From Octopus sinensis (Eukaryota), in the NCBI RefSeq assembly GCF_006345805.1, contig NC_043005.1:14694001-14758000 (forward strand): DNA of 64,000 bases, given 5' to 3'. Positions 1 to 13,600 of the stretch are shown here, piece by piece (positions within the stretch are counted from its first letter, which is position 1; every line of letters starts with the position of its first letter). Made by a program: the position numbers and the translations under genes. The notes beneath the pieces are model-generated. The model did not search any database and was not told the origin of the DNA. It worked only from the letters and a program-made list of their open reading frames with translations.

Positions 1-769
1 CTGAATGATAACTAAGTTATTTTACTAAATTCTTTGTTATATTTAAAATTAATTGAAAGAAACACAGAACATCTCAAAATAAATACAGTAAAGAAAGGGT
101 TAACAAATGAAACGTGCTGAAAGAAAAGAAGAAACATTGGAATTACTTGACATTTTAAGATCCAAGCTATTCCTCAAAGGATGGTGGCTGAAATATTTGT
201 TAGAATATTTTTGTTGAAATACAATGTCTTGGTTTCAGTTAATTTCGAGAATGATGAAGCATTTATTAAATAACTTTGGAATTTTAATGAAAGATTTTTC
301 ATTTCGACCACTTTAAAACAAAGAATTGATATTAGGGAAGTAGGGTCCATCTTTGGCAGGTTGTCACCAAAATGGTTCAGAAGTAAATGAATGGTAGCTA
401 TTAATATTTGTAATCATATTAAATTCAATGATTTAAATAATTAGTAGGAGGAAGAATTATCATTAATAATATTTGTTACGAACATTAAACACTTTTGATA
501 TATATGTAACAAATAATTTATTGTATGTTTGTATGCAAATCAAGCAAAATGTGAATATGTAAAAGGTGAGAGCTGCAATATCTCATATAAATAAAATCAT
601 AATTGCCTTTTAATAGTGAGAATAATTTCTTAGAGAGAAAGTGGAAGAGTAAAACTGATATTTAATGAAACAATATTCATCCAGGATCTAAAAATACAAG
701 GTGTCCCAATGGTCTCCGTGGAGGGATTAATTCTAAGGCTTTTATAAGACTGCTAAAACATCATCATCA

Positions 770-1760
770 TCATGAATATCTAACATCCACTGTCTATGCT
801 GGCATGGGTGGACAGTTTGACCAGGGTTGGTAAGCTGGAAGGCTGCACCAGACTCCAGTCTGATTTGGCATGGTTTTCTGCAGCTGGATGCTTTTCCTAA
901 CACCAACCACTCCAAGAGTGTAAATGGATGTTTTTATGTGCCACCGGCATAGGTGCTATTTGCATGACACCAGTATGTGCCATGACTGTGATTTTACTTA
1001 GCTTGATGGTTCTTCTTCTCAAGTACAACGTAATGCCAAAGGTCTTGATCACGGTGTCCTTGAGGCTCAACACTTAAAAGGAGCTTTTCACGTGCCACCG
1101 GCATCAGCCACTTTGCCTCTGTGAGGCCCAACATTTGAAAGGTGCACTTTATGTGCCATCAGCTATGACTATGATTTCACTTAGCTTGATGGGCTTTCTC
1201 AAGCACAGCATAATGCCAAAGGTCTCAGTCACCAGTCATTGCCTCTGTGAGGCTTAAAGTTCAAAGAGCATGCTTCACCACCTCATCCCATGTCTTCTTG
1301 TGTCTACCTCTACCACAAGTTCCCTCTGCAGTTAGAGACTGACACCTCTTTACACAGCTATCCTCATCCACATGCATCACATGGCCATACCATCACTGTC
1401 ATCTCTCTTGGACACCACACTTGATGCCTCTTATACCCAACTTTTCTCTCAAGATGCTTGCACTCTGTTGAACATGCACACAAACATTGTACATCCAGCA
1501 AAGCATACTGGCTTCATTTCTTTCAAACCAACGCATGTCCTCAGCTGTCACAGCTCATGTTTCACTGCCATAGCATAGCTGGTCGCACACAGGCATCATA
1601 CAATCTGCCTTTCTCTTAAAGAGAGAGGCCTTTTGTTGCCAGTAGAGGCAAGAGCTCTCTGAAATTTTCCCAGCCTATTCTTATTCTTATAGCTACACTT
1701 TTCAGCATCCACCTCTGCTACTAACTTGGTCACCTTGATAACGGAAGCTTATACCAATGG
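770..1760 (-). mobile_element. RTE-clade LINE 3' fragments
   Basis: Same 3' sequence and (ATG)n tail as the RTE at 16270-17935. Confidence 0.7.
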
Positions 1761-2019
1761 CAGTTTATTTACTGTACCTTTTTGGTGTTTATTGTACCTG
1801 TGTGTCTTCCACACACACAATGGCTATTTACCCTGTTAACCCTCCTCTGATATTGCTGCACCTCTTATATGTCCATAGTTTATTATTGCCATGATGCCTT
1901 TAGGTGCAAAAACTAAGCTTTTCTTTTTGTTTGGCATCACTTCTTACAAACTGATTGGCTGGAAAAATGTCAGTAGACTTTATAATAGAGTCAAGGAATA
2001 TATTGGATGAGGTGGTGAA

Positions 2020-2560
2020 ACATGACCTTTGAACACTGGGACTCATAGAGGCAGTGACAGGAGACCGGAACCTTTGGAGATATGCTGTGATTGAGAAGAC
2101 TCGGGAACTAAAGTGAGATTGCAGCCACACATGTCCAGCCCTGTTAAGAATACCCTGATGCGTTGGGCAATATGATATGCTTGAGAAGACCCGCTGAATA
2201 AAACGAATATCGTAACTAGGGCTGGTACCCCAGACTGGCCCCCATGCTGGTGGCACGTAAAAAGCACCGTCTGAACGTAGTCAATACCAGGTCCACCTGA
2301 CTGGCTCTCGTGCCATGGCACGTAAAAAACACCAACCAATTGTGATCGATGCCAGTACCTACTAACTGACTCCTGTACTGGTAGCATGTAAAAAGCACCC
2401 ACTACACTCTTGGAGTGGTTGGCGTTAGGAAGGGCATCCGACTGTGGAAACATTGCCATATCAGATTGGAGCCTGATGCAGCCACTCTCCAGACATCAGT
2501 CAAACTGTCCAACCCATGCCAGCATGGAAAACGGACATTAAACTATAATGATGATGATAA
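2020..2560 (+). mobile_element. RTE 3' end fragment with (ATG)n tail
   Basis: Matches the 3' ends of the other RTE copies in the window. Confidence 0.65.
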
Positions 2561-3013
2561 TTTCTGTTGAAATGCTCTGTGTTTCTTTCAATTACTTTAA
2601 ATATAACAAAAAATTTAGTAAAATAACTTATCATTAAGCTAGTATTAGGAATATAAACTTTGACTAAGGTTTCGTGGAAGATTTTAATTCAGAACTTTTG
2701 AAAACAAGACGTTTGTACTGCAGAGCCAGAGACGTTTTCAGGCGGATTGGTATCAAAAGTGTTAAAGGATCTTACTAAAATAGCTGTGGTCAATATTATT
2801 CAGCAGAGGTTTTTAATTTTTAACTTAAACACTGCAGGTCAAATTTTACAACAGTTGTCTGCATGGCACATACAACAATTGTCATCAACTACAGTCCCTG
2901 GCTAAGTAAGGCCTTCTGAGTGTAAATGATAGGCAGAAATTGGAAAACATCCATCATTCACATACACACACAACAGCGAAAAGACAATATTTGTAGCATT
3001 AAGTGAAACACAC

Positions 3014-3230
3014 TAAGGCGGTGAGCTGGCAGAAATGTTAGCACACCGGGCAAAATACTTAGTGGTATTTCGTCTGTCTTTACATTCTGAGTTCAAATTC
3101 TGCTGAGGTCGACTTTGCTTTTCATTCTTTCGGGGTCAATAAGTACCAGTTGCGTACTGGTGACAATCTAATTGACTAGACTCTCCCCGCAAATTTCAGG
3201 CCTTGTGCCTAGAGTAGAAAAGATTAAATA
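3014..3230 (+). mobile_element. tRNA-derived SINE with 8-bp TSD (aaacacac)
   Basis: GGCGGTGAGCTGGCAGAA head, B-box-like GAGTTCAAATTC, TSD at 3006-3013 and 3231-3238. Confidence 0.7.
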
Positions 3231-3339
3231 AAACACACCTGACCCCAGACATATTGGATGCAGAAATACATATGTCAGGCTATGTACTACACAGAACTGA
3301 TCACAGAATAAAGAAACAATGAGGAGTAGCACTCTACAT

Positions 3340-5170
3340 CCACGAAGACCTAGCAATAAATGTCCTCCTCTTCCACTCCAACAGTGTGTGATGCACTAAT
3401 AGTGCATGCGACCAACCTCAATGTGATCATAGGCATTACTTAATGGCCTCTTGATGCAGCTAATCATAGAGATCACTTCAGGGATGCTTCACCACTCATA
3501 AGTCAATACTATGCCATACTATTGAAAACTTGCCAAAACAGCCTCACTAAGCCATTGATGTAACTATTTCAAAAGTCACTTGAAACTGACATATTCCCAG
3601 AACTATTGAAAGAAGCAACAGTAACACCTATCCATAACGGAGGTAGCAGGGCTGAAGCTAAAAATTACAGACCGGTTTCTCTCACATCTCACACATCTAA
3701 AATTGCCTGATAAAGAATAACTGCATATCTTGAAGAAAACAACCTCTCAGATAATACACAGCATGGTTTTCGGACTGGACGAGGTTGCCTGATACAACTA
3801 TTACAACACCATAAAACTATTCTCAATAATCTCCTAAATGGGAAAGGACACTGACTGCATATACCTTGATTTTGACATCATGGAATCATGTCATAGGATA
3901 AGGGATCTTGGTATCATAGGACAACTCGGAGAATGGTTCTTTAGGATAGGAATCAATCTGTTGCTGCAAATGGTTATCTCTCAGCAAAGTTACCTGTAAT
4001 AAGTGGCATACCAGAGGGTATGGTTCTAGGACCATTATTATTTACCATACCCTATCAGGCATAAGCTCGCAAGTGCAATTGGTCAATCTAATGAATTACG
4101 CTGACAATACAAAATATCAATGGCTATCCAAACTCCAAAATGTGCAATCACACTCCAAAATGACCTAAACGTCATTTATCAATGGGCAGATAAAAATAAT
4201 CTGAGATTTAGTGCAACCATAATTTCAGGCCCTTCCTTATGGAGGGAACTGACACAAATCCCAATATTTGGTGCCAGATAATGCAATAATTCAGAGCAAT
4301 GATGACATACGGGATTTAGGAATAATCATGTCCAATGATGCTTCTTTCATCAGCTACATCACCAAACTGCCCTCTAAATGCAGACATCTCATGGATGGAT
4401 CCTACGAAGCTTCATGACAAGAGAACCGATAGTTATGCTAACTCTATGGAAAACCGTTGTTCTGAGCAGATTAGATTACTGCTCACAGCTTTGGTCTCCA
4501 AATTCATTTGGTCTCATAGAAGAAATTGAGGGGTTACAAAGAACATTCACCAGTAAAATAACTTCAGTTAATGGCCTTAATTTCTGGGAATGCCTGAAAG
4601 CTCTGCATCTCAACTCCCTTGAATACCAAAGAGAGAGATATATACTATTATATATTTCTTTACTACCCACAAGGGGCTACACACAGAGGGGACAAATAAG
4701 GACAGACAAACGGATTACGTCGACCCCAGTGCGTAACTGGTACTTAATTTATCGACCCGGAAAGGATGAAAGGCAAAGTCAACCTCGGCGGAATTTGAAC
4801 TCAGAACGTAACGCATTTCGCCCAGCGTGCTAACATTTCTGCCAGCTCGCCGCCTTATATACTATTATATATTTATGGAAGATCCTGGAGAGGCATGTTC
4901 CAAGTATTGGCATTAAAGTGAATTTTAATGCTTGAACTGGTGGGTACTGTCAGCTCCCAAACATACCATCTTCAAACTTACGAGCAAAAACACTCTACTG
5001 TACCGGTCTAATACTCAGAGGTCCTCAAGTATTCTACTGCTTACCCAAAGAGATTAGAAATACAAAAGGGACCTCTACTGAAACTTTCAAAAAAGTATTG
5101 GATGAACTCCTAAGGACAATATTGGACCAACCAACCATTCAAGGATACACTCGTGGGGAGATCAGCAACC
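3340..5170 (+). mobile_element. Degenerate CR1/L2-like LINE reverse-transcriptase relic (left arm only)
   Basis: Interrupted motifs: NYRPVSLTS, QHGFR, VLGPLLF, YADNTK, LSRLDYCSQLWSP, LQRTFT. Confidence 0.8.
4658..4855 (-). mobile_element. SINE inserted in the LINE relic, 19-bp TSD (tatatactattatatattt)
   Basis: TSD at 4639-4657 and 4856-4874. Same head as the SINE at 3014. Confidence 0.8.
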
Positions 5171-5317
5171 ACAGACTCTATCATCGACCAACTTTTAATC
5201 ATAATGTGACAACAAAACTAAAAAAAAATTAAATTAAGGAAGTGCTCTAGCATGGCCGCAGTCCAGAGACTGAAACCATTAAAAGAATAAAAGAATATAT
5301 ATATATATATATATATA

Positions 5318-5770
5318 TGACACGTAAAAGCACCATCCGTTCGTGGCCGTTTGCCAGCTCTGTCTGGCCCCCGTGCCGGTGACACGTAAAAGCACCATCC
5401 ATTCGTGGCCGTTTGCCAGCCCTGTCTGGCCCCCATGACGGTGACATGTAAAAGCACCATCCGTTCGTGGCCGTTTGCCAGCCCTGTCTGGCCACCATGT
5501 CGGTGACATGTAAAAGCACCATCCGTTCGTGTCTGTTGCCAGCCTCGCCTGGCCCCGTGCCGGTGACACATAAAAGCACCATCCGTTTCATGGCCGTTTG
5601 CCAGCTCTGTCTGGCCCCCGTGTTGGTGGCACGTAAAAGCACCATCCGTTCGTGTCCATTGCCAGCCTCGCCTGGCCCCGTGCCGGTGACACGTAAAAGC
5701 ACCATCCGTTCATGGCCGTTTGCCAGCTCTGTCTGGCACCTGTGCGGGTGGCACGTAAAAAGCACCCACT
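5318..5770 (+). repeat. Minisatellite of 60/62-bp units (7 units) inside an RTE 3' region
   Basis: Repeating tgacacgtaaaagcaccatccgttcgtggccgtttgccagc...; leads into the RTE 3' end and (ATG)n tail at ~5910. Source of the spurious ORFs at 5218-5814. Confidence 0.9.
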
Positions 5771-5936
5771 ACACTCACGGAGTGGTGGGCGTTAGGAAGG
5801 GCATCCAGCCGTAGAAACACTGCCAGATCTGACTGGGCCTGATGAAGCCTTCCAGCTTCACAGACCCCAGTTGAACCGTCCAACCCATGCTAGCATGGAG
5901 AACGGACGCTAAATGATGATGATGATGATGATGATG

Positions 5937-5985
<49 letters not shown>

Positions 5986-6119
5986 AAGTATTGGTTATAG
6001 AAACAAAAGAAGTGCTCAAATATACATGAGACAAAGATAAAGAAGCATTCGTTATAGAACCAAAATTCTTTTGCAGTCCTATAAACCCTTTTGTTTCTAT
6101 AATATGAGACAAATTTTAT

Positions 6120-7140
6120 CATCATCATCGTTTAACGTCCACTTTCCATGCTAGCATGGGTTGCACGATTTGAACAAGGATTGGCGAACCAGTTGGCTGC
6201 ACCTAGCTCCAATCTGATGTGGCAGACTTTCTACAGCTGGATGCCCTTCCTAACACCAACCACTTCGAGAGTGTAGTGGGTGCTTTTACATGCCACCGGC
6301 ATGAGAGCCAGTCAGGCAGTACTCGCAACGGCCACACTCGAGTGATGTTTTTTATATGCCACTTGTATAGGAGCCAGAGGCAGTGGCAACAACCTCGTTC
6401 GAATGTGTTTCACTTGCTACCAGCACAAGTGCCAGTAAGGTGATGCCGGTAACAATCATGATTGAATGGTGCTTTTTACATGCCATTGCCATGGAAGCCA
6501 ATCAACTGCTCTGGCAGCGATCATACACGGATGGTGCTCTTGGAGCTCCACTGTCATTGGTGCCAGTCATTGAATTTGCGAATTTGATTTGATTTTGATT
6601 TCACTTGCCTCAACAGGTCTTCACAAGCAGAGTTTAGTGACCAATGAAGGAAAGGTATGCATAAGTGGGCTGGTTACACCCCTGGCATAGGCCACAGGTT
6701 ATGGTCTCACTTGGATTGCCAGGTCTTCTCATGCACTGCATATTTCCAAGGTCTCAGTCACTAGTCATTGCCTCAGTGAAGCCTAACGTTTGAAGGTCAT
6801 GCTTCACCACCTCATCCCAGGTCTTCCTGGGTCTACCTCTTTCACGGGTTCCCTCAACCGCTAGAGTGTGGCAATTTTCACACAGCTATCCTCATCCATT
6901 CTTGCCACATACCCAAACCATCGCAGTTGTCTCTCTTGCACACCATATCTGATGCTCCTTAGATCCAACTTTTCTCTCAAGGTACTGACATTCTGTCAAG
7001 TATGCACACTGACATTATACATCCATCGAATCATACTGGCTTTATTCCTTGCAAGCTTACACATATCCTCAGTAGTGATGGTCCATGCTTCATGCCATGT
7101 AGCACGGCTGTTTGTACATATGTAGCACGGCAGTTCGTAC
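6120..7140 (-). mobile_element. RTE LINE 3' portion (mirror ~61630-62580 +)
   Basis: The mirror copy encodes AMLHGSEAWSVTAEDM...LRWMC; (ATG)n tail. Confidence 0.75.
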
Positions 7141-7620
7141 TCAAATATGATATATATATATATATGTGTGTGGGTGTGAGTGTGTGTGTGTGTGTATGTG
7201 TGTGTGTGCAGGTTGTATCTCCTTCACATCATATAGTTGTTGTAAACGAACATCCCCGTCATACAAGCAGTGTCCCTTGTTTCCAATCTACCATGATTTA
7301 TTTCCACACCATCAGGAAATATTACATTCCTTGGAAGCAAGTGAGGGTTAGTGAGAGGAAGGGCATCCACCTAGAAATAATCTACCTCAACAAATTCCTT
7401 ACGACCCATACAAGCAGGTACAAAATGAATATTAAAATACTGATGATGATGATGATGATGAGGAGGAGGAGGAGGAGGATAAAGGTGAGAAATATAATTG
7501 GAAATGTGACAGAATCTCTATGTAGAGCATCGGAATGTAGTGTTTAGTTTTACATCTTTGGTTTGGAAAATGGATTTGGTGCCAGGAAGATTTATCTGTT
7601 GAAACAACAGCATGGATCAT

Positions 7621-7661
7621 TTAGAATTCATCCTGCTCCCTCTCTTTATTATTAATAACAT
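7621..7661 (-). CDS. Left gene exon 6 coding part (DVINNKEREQDEF*)
   Basis: Follows an 85-nt intron; acttttgccag| acceptor, phase 1, TAA at 7621-7623. Confidence 0.8.
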
Positions 7662-8513
7662 CTGGCAAAAGTCACACAAGCAAAATTACAGAACTATTTC
7701 ATTGTTTCTTATAAGATTGTATGAGAAATACTTTTTATCAACTTACCATTTATTGATTTACATTCATGGTAAGGAACTTGAGATAATTGATCAAGAAGAT
7801 AAATACAGGAATATATTTCAGAAGTATCCATATTCTTCACTTTGATCTAAATTAAAGTAACAAAAAGAAAAGCAACAAAATTACATCTCCAGGAATTACA
7901 TGGCTTTAGACAGGTGTCACATTTGTTCTGGACCCAGTAATTAAACAGATGGGGAACACCTCACTTATCCATCCACTCAGCAATTTTATCTCTTCTTCAA
8001 CTGAAGTGTTCTTTCAAATATTGATAACTTCATACAAGACCATCTTTACAGGGGCTCAGCTGCTCACATTCTTTACACATGATTTAGGAAACTCAAAACA
8101 ACATAAAGGAATTCTATTGGATCCACAGATGATGGCATCAGGGACAGAACCTGGTCTTGTCATCTTAATAAATTCAACTTGAAAATATTATTCCATTCTA
8201 AATCATAAATTCATGTAGAACTGAATGTTGAATCACAGTTAGTGATGGAGTCTGGTAGATATAACCTGTCTACATTTGGGTCTCTTACCTATTCTATATC
8301 CCCCATTTGTGTCTACATAAGTTGCCTAGACTGCCTCTTGGTATATCATCTCACCTTTGTATCAGTTCTCTATCACTCATCTCTCTATTATCCACCCACA
8401 CTCCACCACCAGCCTGTCTAACTAACAATAACAGTGAATCTCTCCTTTTCTCTGTACCCTGCAGTCATTGTAGGAATGTTACTGGACCTGTCTACCCTCT
8501 TGTCTCTCTCATA

Positions 8514-8555
<42 letters not shown>

Positions 8556-10640
8556 CTTACTCTCTTCCATTATGCCTCTACTATAAAGGGTGGCACTGGA
8601 ACTATCTGTACTCAATACTGCCTACAACCAGTCTTGTCCTCTCTTTCAATGCAGTCAACATCCTTTTTCTCTTTTCTTTTGCCACCCCTCAGTCCCATCT
8701 TTCTGTTTCTGCTATCATACACTTGGCCCCTTCCCCAAACACATCCTAGTTTGCTCCCACCATCACTCTACCTGCTACCCACCCTGTTTGTTGTCAAGAA
8801 TGTGACAGTCTCTCTAGTAGGGGACCATGCATGTGTGTGCCTGTGTAAATATTCACATTCTGCCCTGGGGTAAGCCAGAGACGACGATGATGACGTTTGT
8901 TGTCATTTCCCCATCAGAAAATTGTCCTGTAGCACTGCACATTCAAAGACAGGTGGAATAACATCTCCCTTCATAGAAAGCCAGGAAAGGGTTAGTGACA
9001 TAAAAAACACTGAGTTGAAAAGCATCTCCTTCATAATATGTATTCATCTAACCCATGCTAGAATAGAAAAAAGCAGTTGTAAAGCAAACAAATATATTCA
9101 TAGAATATTTGTTTATTTACAATGTTGTGTATATCAGAACTGAATTAAATCTAAATATTAAAGTATGATATTCTCTTTCATCCTTTTTTTTTTTTACTAT
9201 AATCTTGTTTCACCCAATGTGAGGTTTTAGAATATTTAAATATATAAGCAGGCATACGTACAGTAATAATCATTAATACAGTTGGTTATGTTAATAAATG
9301 TCTAAGGGGCTTATTTGGAAAAGCTGAGATTATTTATACAAATCTAAAAAACATGACAGGCAAGAAATATATTGAGGTTCAGTCAAGCAGGTATACTCAT
9401 TCTAAATGAAAAAGTAATAAAGGGTTTTACTTACATCTGTGCCCAGCTGAAATTTTCCTCTTGTCAATAACTTAATTTCTGACAGTGTATTCATTTCCGT
9501 AGGAAGGAGGAATGATTTATTTGCTGTTGTTGAATTTGGTTGAAATACTACCTTCTGTTTAACATAAGGGTCTAACCTTATATAAAACTCATATTTGCCA
9601 TATGCGTTATTACGTTGAACTTCAAAGGTCCAGTGTGTCCCTAGAAAGTAAGAGACAAAAAACGTCATCATCAGGCACAACAAAATTTCAAAATTATTAA
9701 ACATAAAATGATCATTGTCTTGTAAGGAGGTTGGATTTCAAATAAAATCATTAGAATATGATTGGAAAACATTTAGTTTTCCAATCATAGATTTATTACG
9801 TTTCTTTTCTTTTGTAATTTATTGAGATTATTTATTTCTATATCAAACAACAGAAGGAGAGGCTTTAAAAACTTTAAATAGTCACACATATGAGAAGGTA
9901 CCCAAAAGTAACTGGAAGCATTCTCTATGGGAAAAGCCCATTGTAGTCGAGGATTCTGAATTGACAAACTTTTTGATATGACTGGTGTGTCCTGGAGCTG
10001 CTGCCAACAAATTTTGAACAAGGAATTTCAAATGAAAAGAGTTGCAGCAAAATTTGTGCTTCACTTGTTCACAGAAGATCAGAAAGCAGTCTTGACTGAA
10101 TGTGTGACTCCTCTTACCCTGCCTCCCTATTCACCTGATCTTGCTCTTTGCAACTGTTTTTTTTTTTGTTCCTCTGAATAAAAAATGTCCTCAAAGGAAA
10201 ACATTTTGCAGATGTGGAAGAGAGGAAGTAAAAAACAAAACAAGCGTCAAAAGGCATCACTTTGCAAGAGTTCCAGGACTGCTTTGAACAGTGGTCTGAA
10301 TCGATGCATTGCTTCAAATGGAGAATACTTTGATGGCGATAGAAGTGTAAACATGTAAGACTAAGTGAATAAAATAATATAGCAAAATTCTGGTTTCTTT
10401 TGGGTGTTCTAGATCAGTGATTTTCAAGTCAGTTTAACTCTGAACCCTTTTCTGTCCCTAATGCTATTTTTAAATTACCCCAACCTTGTTATGATTCAAT
10501 GCATCTCTTCTTCTGATGTATATATATTAAAAATACGCAGCCATGTTCTGTGGCTAAGATGCTCAATTTGCAACCAGATCATTTAGTGTTTACTTCCAAT
10601 ATGTGGCACCTTGGAAAAGTGCCTACTACTATAAGTATAA

Positions 10641-10695
<55 letters not shown>

Positions 10696-13600
10696 CAAAT
10701 GAAAGACAGAAGATGGAATATACAAGAATTTTTTATTAGTCCCGACAATTGTTTCGGTACATCTAGCATTGATTCCTCTTGGGTGGGACACTCAACAACT
10801 GATTCTGGAGCATCTGGTGGTGCAGTTGTATCTCGTTGGGTGATGAATAAATAAAAACAACTCGTTAAAATAACTGTTCCACAACGTAACTTTCTGTTTT
10901 GTAGAGAGAAAAAAACAGCCAGACGGAGGAAAAAAATCTTCATATTTATATAGAAGATGAAAAATAAAATTGCAGAAGACAGAGAAACAAACATGTAATC
11001 CAGTGAGAGAAGTATTGAAAATAGCCATTAATAGATATGGATGTATAAACGTCCTCGGGCAAGCTGCATGGCATGAATACACAAGTGCATACAAGCATCA
11101 GCAAAAATGTGAGCATACACAAATGCTAGGTTTGGTGCAGTCCTGATCACAAAGTGAGTCAGTTATTTACTAGGTGTTTAGAAGAACGAGGAGGTTAAAA
11201 GTAAACTTAAGTCATCCATGCCTTAAAGTAAATTAAATTACATTGTGTTAACGGTTATTCAAAATTCCTTCTCACTGCATTATGCAAAAGTACATTTATA
11301 TGCATCTCAATAGTCGTTCAGAGATTCTATTAGGTATCTTCTCGTTAGTCCACAGAATATACAGGGATTCCTCGAAGCAGAGACAGCATCTCCTGGAAAT
11401 TACATCGTATGGTTTTGTATGTCTAACTATGGACCAATTAATGTTGTACTTCGTTTTACCCTCCTTCAGTCGCCATATAAAATCTGCCAAAGATGTCGAA
11501 TGTCTCTTATTGATTGATTTAAAGCTGGCAATATGGTTATGATGATGATTCTTAAATGAATCAGTGCCGTCTGCCCAATGTAATCATAGAGCCCTTCCCT
11601 TGTGTGCACGGTACATTTATATACAAGATTTGTACTCATACAGAGATTCATTAAAGGACATTTTGATTTATCTCTCCATGAGCATTTATCATATTTATTT
11701 GTATACAAGTCAGTCCCAACTCCATTTACCAGCGCTGTTATCGTGCTAGCTGTACCATGAGTATTTCTCCTACTACAAACTGGTCAAAGTTGATGACTAT
11801 CAATGTGGTTTACATCTCCTTGGTTGGTATTTAGATGCAAATGTTTGCTAGACCCAGTATGACAATATCGAACAGCTCTTCAGATGCTGTCAAACACTGC
11901 TAGGCACAATGCACTTCCAATTTTGTCTAGATTGTGTCATTCTTTTCCATCTCAACCGAAACTGTTTGACTGAATCATCTTCCCATTGTCACGGAGGCCC
12001 TCCAAATGGCCTTTTCTACACTCTGGGATATCACTTGGCAACTGCATGGTTCCACCTGTTGTCTGTGAACCTTGTGACATATCCAGCACAGTGGAACTTG
12101 TGCTTTCGATACCCTGCCATCACATTGTTCACTGAGCGCCATCCTCAAACTATTTCGAATTCTCTCAGTCATGTTCCTAGCATGGATCTTTCCATGGACC
12201 TTTGCACCATAGCCAATCAATATTTTATCTTCTTCATAGTAGCCCATGTCTCATTTGTGTGCCCTACATGGAGGGGGTGTTCTATTATTACAATTATCAC
12301 CATAACAATAATCAATGATTCATATGGAAACTTGCTTGCTCTCTCGACTGTTAGTGGCTGACATATTTTGATAGTCCGGTGACTATGATCCTTGTAAACG
12401 CCTTATAGGGGTGAGACAAGAGGCATATGCAGTGATAGTTTTTAAAATTTTCTTTATCACTCTTCTTGTGACGTAGAATGGTATTTGAAGATATTTTACC
12501 CTCCTTTAGAAAGTGGTTGAAATGTAGAATGAGGATTTTCCATAGTTCTTCACATTCACATCTTAAAAACTCTGTTGTGATGCCATTTTCCCAAGCGCTA
12601 TTTCTGTTTTCACCAGTTTGAGGGTTTTTCCAATGCCACTTATTGGAAGAGGTGGCACTTCTTCCTGCATTTGTTGCAGTGTGGAATCAAGCTTCAGCAA
12701 TGATTTAAGAACATTAGTGTAGAAGGTGTTATGTCCTCTCTCCTCCTCGGTCACCTTGAGCTCATCCTTATGCAACATACTTAATGTATGTGTGTTGTTC
12801 AACTGCCAGACCCTTTGGTTGTTCATTATAGGAAAATCCCTTCTTGATGGACGTATTGTGATGAAAACACAATATACTTCAGATCTAAGTAAAAAAAAAT
12901 CACCCCAGAATTCACTGTGAGGAAAACTAATACATATTTCCCTGATGTGGTGCATTGTCAGTGTCACATCCTCATTTCATTTCTAAAGCAAAATCAAACC
13001 GGCCAGTGTGGAACATATTGAGATAGTATATAAACTGTACACTGGTTTGCAATGGTATTGTGTAAGCTGAAAAAAAGAGAAACAAGAACACACAGCCTCT
13101 GTCTTTTCAGTCACACACAGACATTAAGTTATCTTGATAAATAGATATTGAGATATTAAATTAGAAGGACACTCAAAAGGGTAATATTTACACATTAACC
13201 TGTGCTTTAGTAAATTCTTCTAAATAGGGGAAAAAGACTTATGAATGGATTTTAATCAGTATGATTCATATAATTAAAAAAATAAAATCTCTCTCGGCTG
13301 GTTCGTCAGGCTGGAGTGGGCTATAGAAACTATGCTGATGAGGTCAAATAAACTGAAACATGACTGTAGTTATCTCATCCTTCAACATGGATCGTGTATT
13401 TCCTAATCTCATTAAATTTGGCTGATAATTTTTTTCAGTTTTGGGAAACAATCTCCCTGTTTCCTTTGAATTTTGCTTACACTGACCACAGAATTTTGCT
13501 TCCTTTCTAAAGATAAAAGACTAAATTTCAGTTGTGGCAAGAGTCACAGCACCCCCTGCAAGAATAGACTGACCAAACGTCTAAAAATAGTAGCGGTCTG

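Noticed and set aside
5318-5770. Regularly spaced repeats resembling a CRISPR array
   Set aside because: The units are fully repeated with no unique spacers, the context is eukaryotic, and there are no cas genes.
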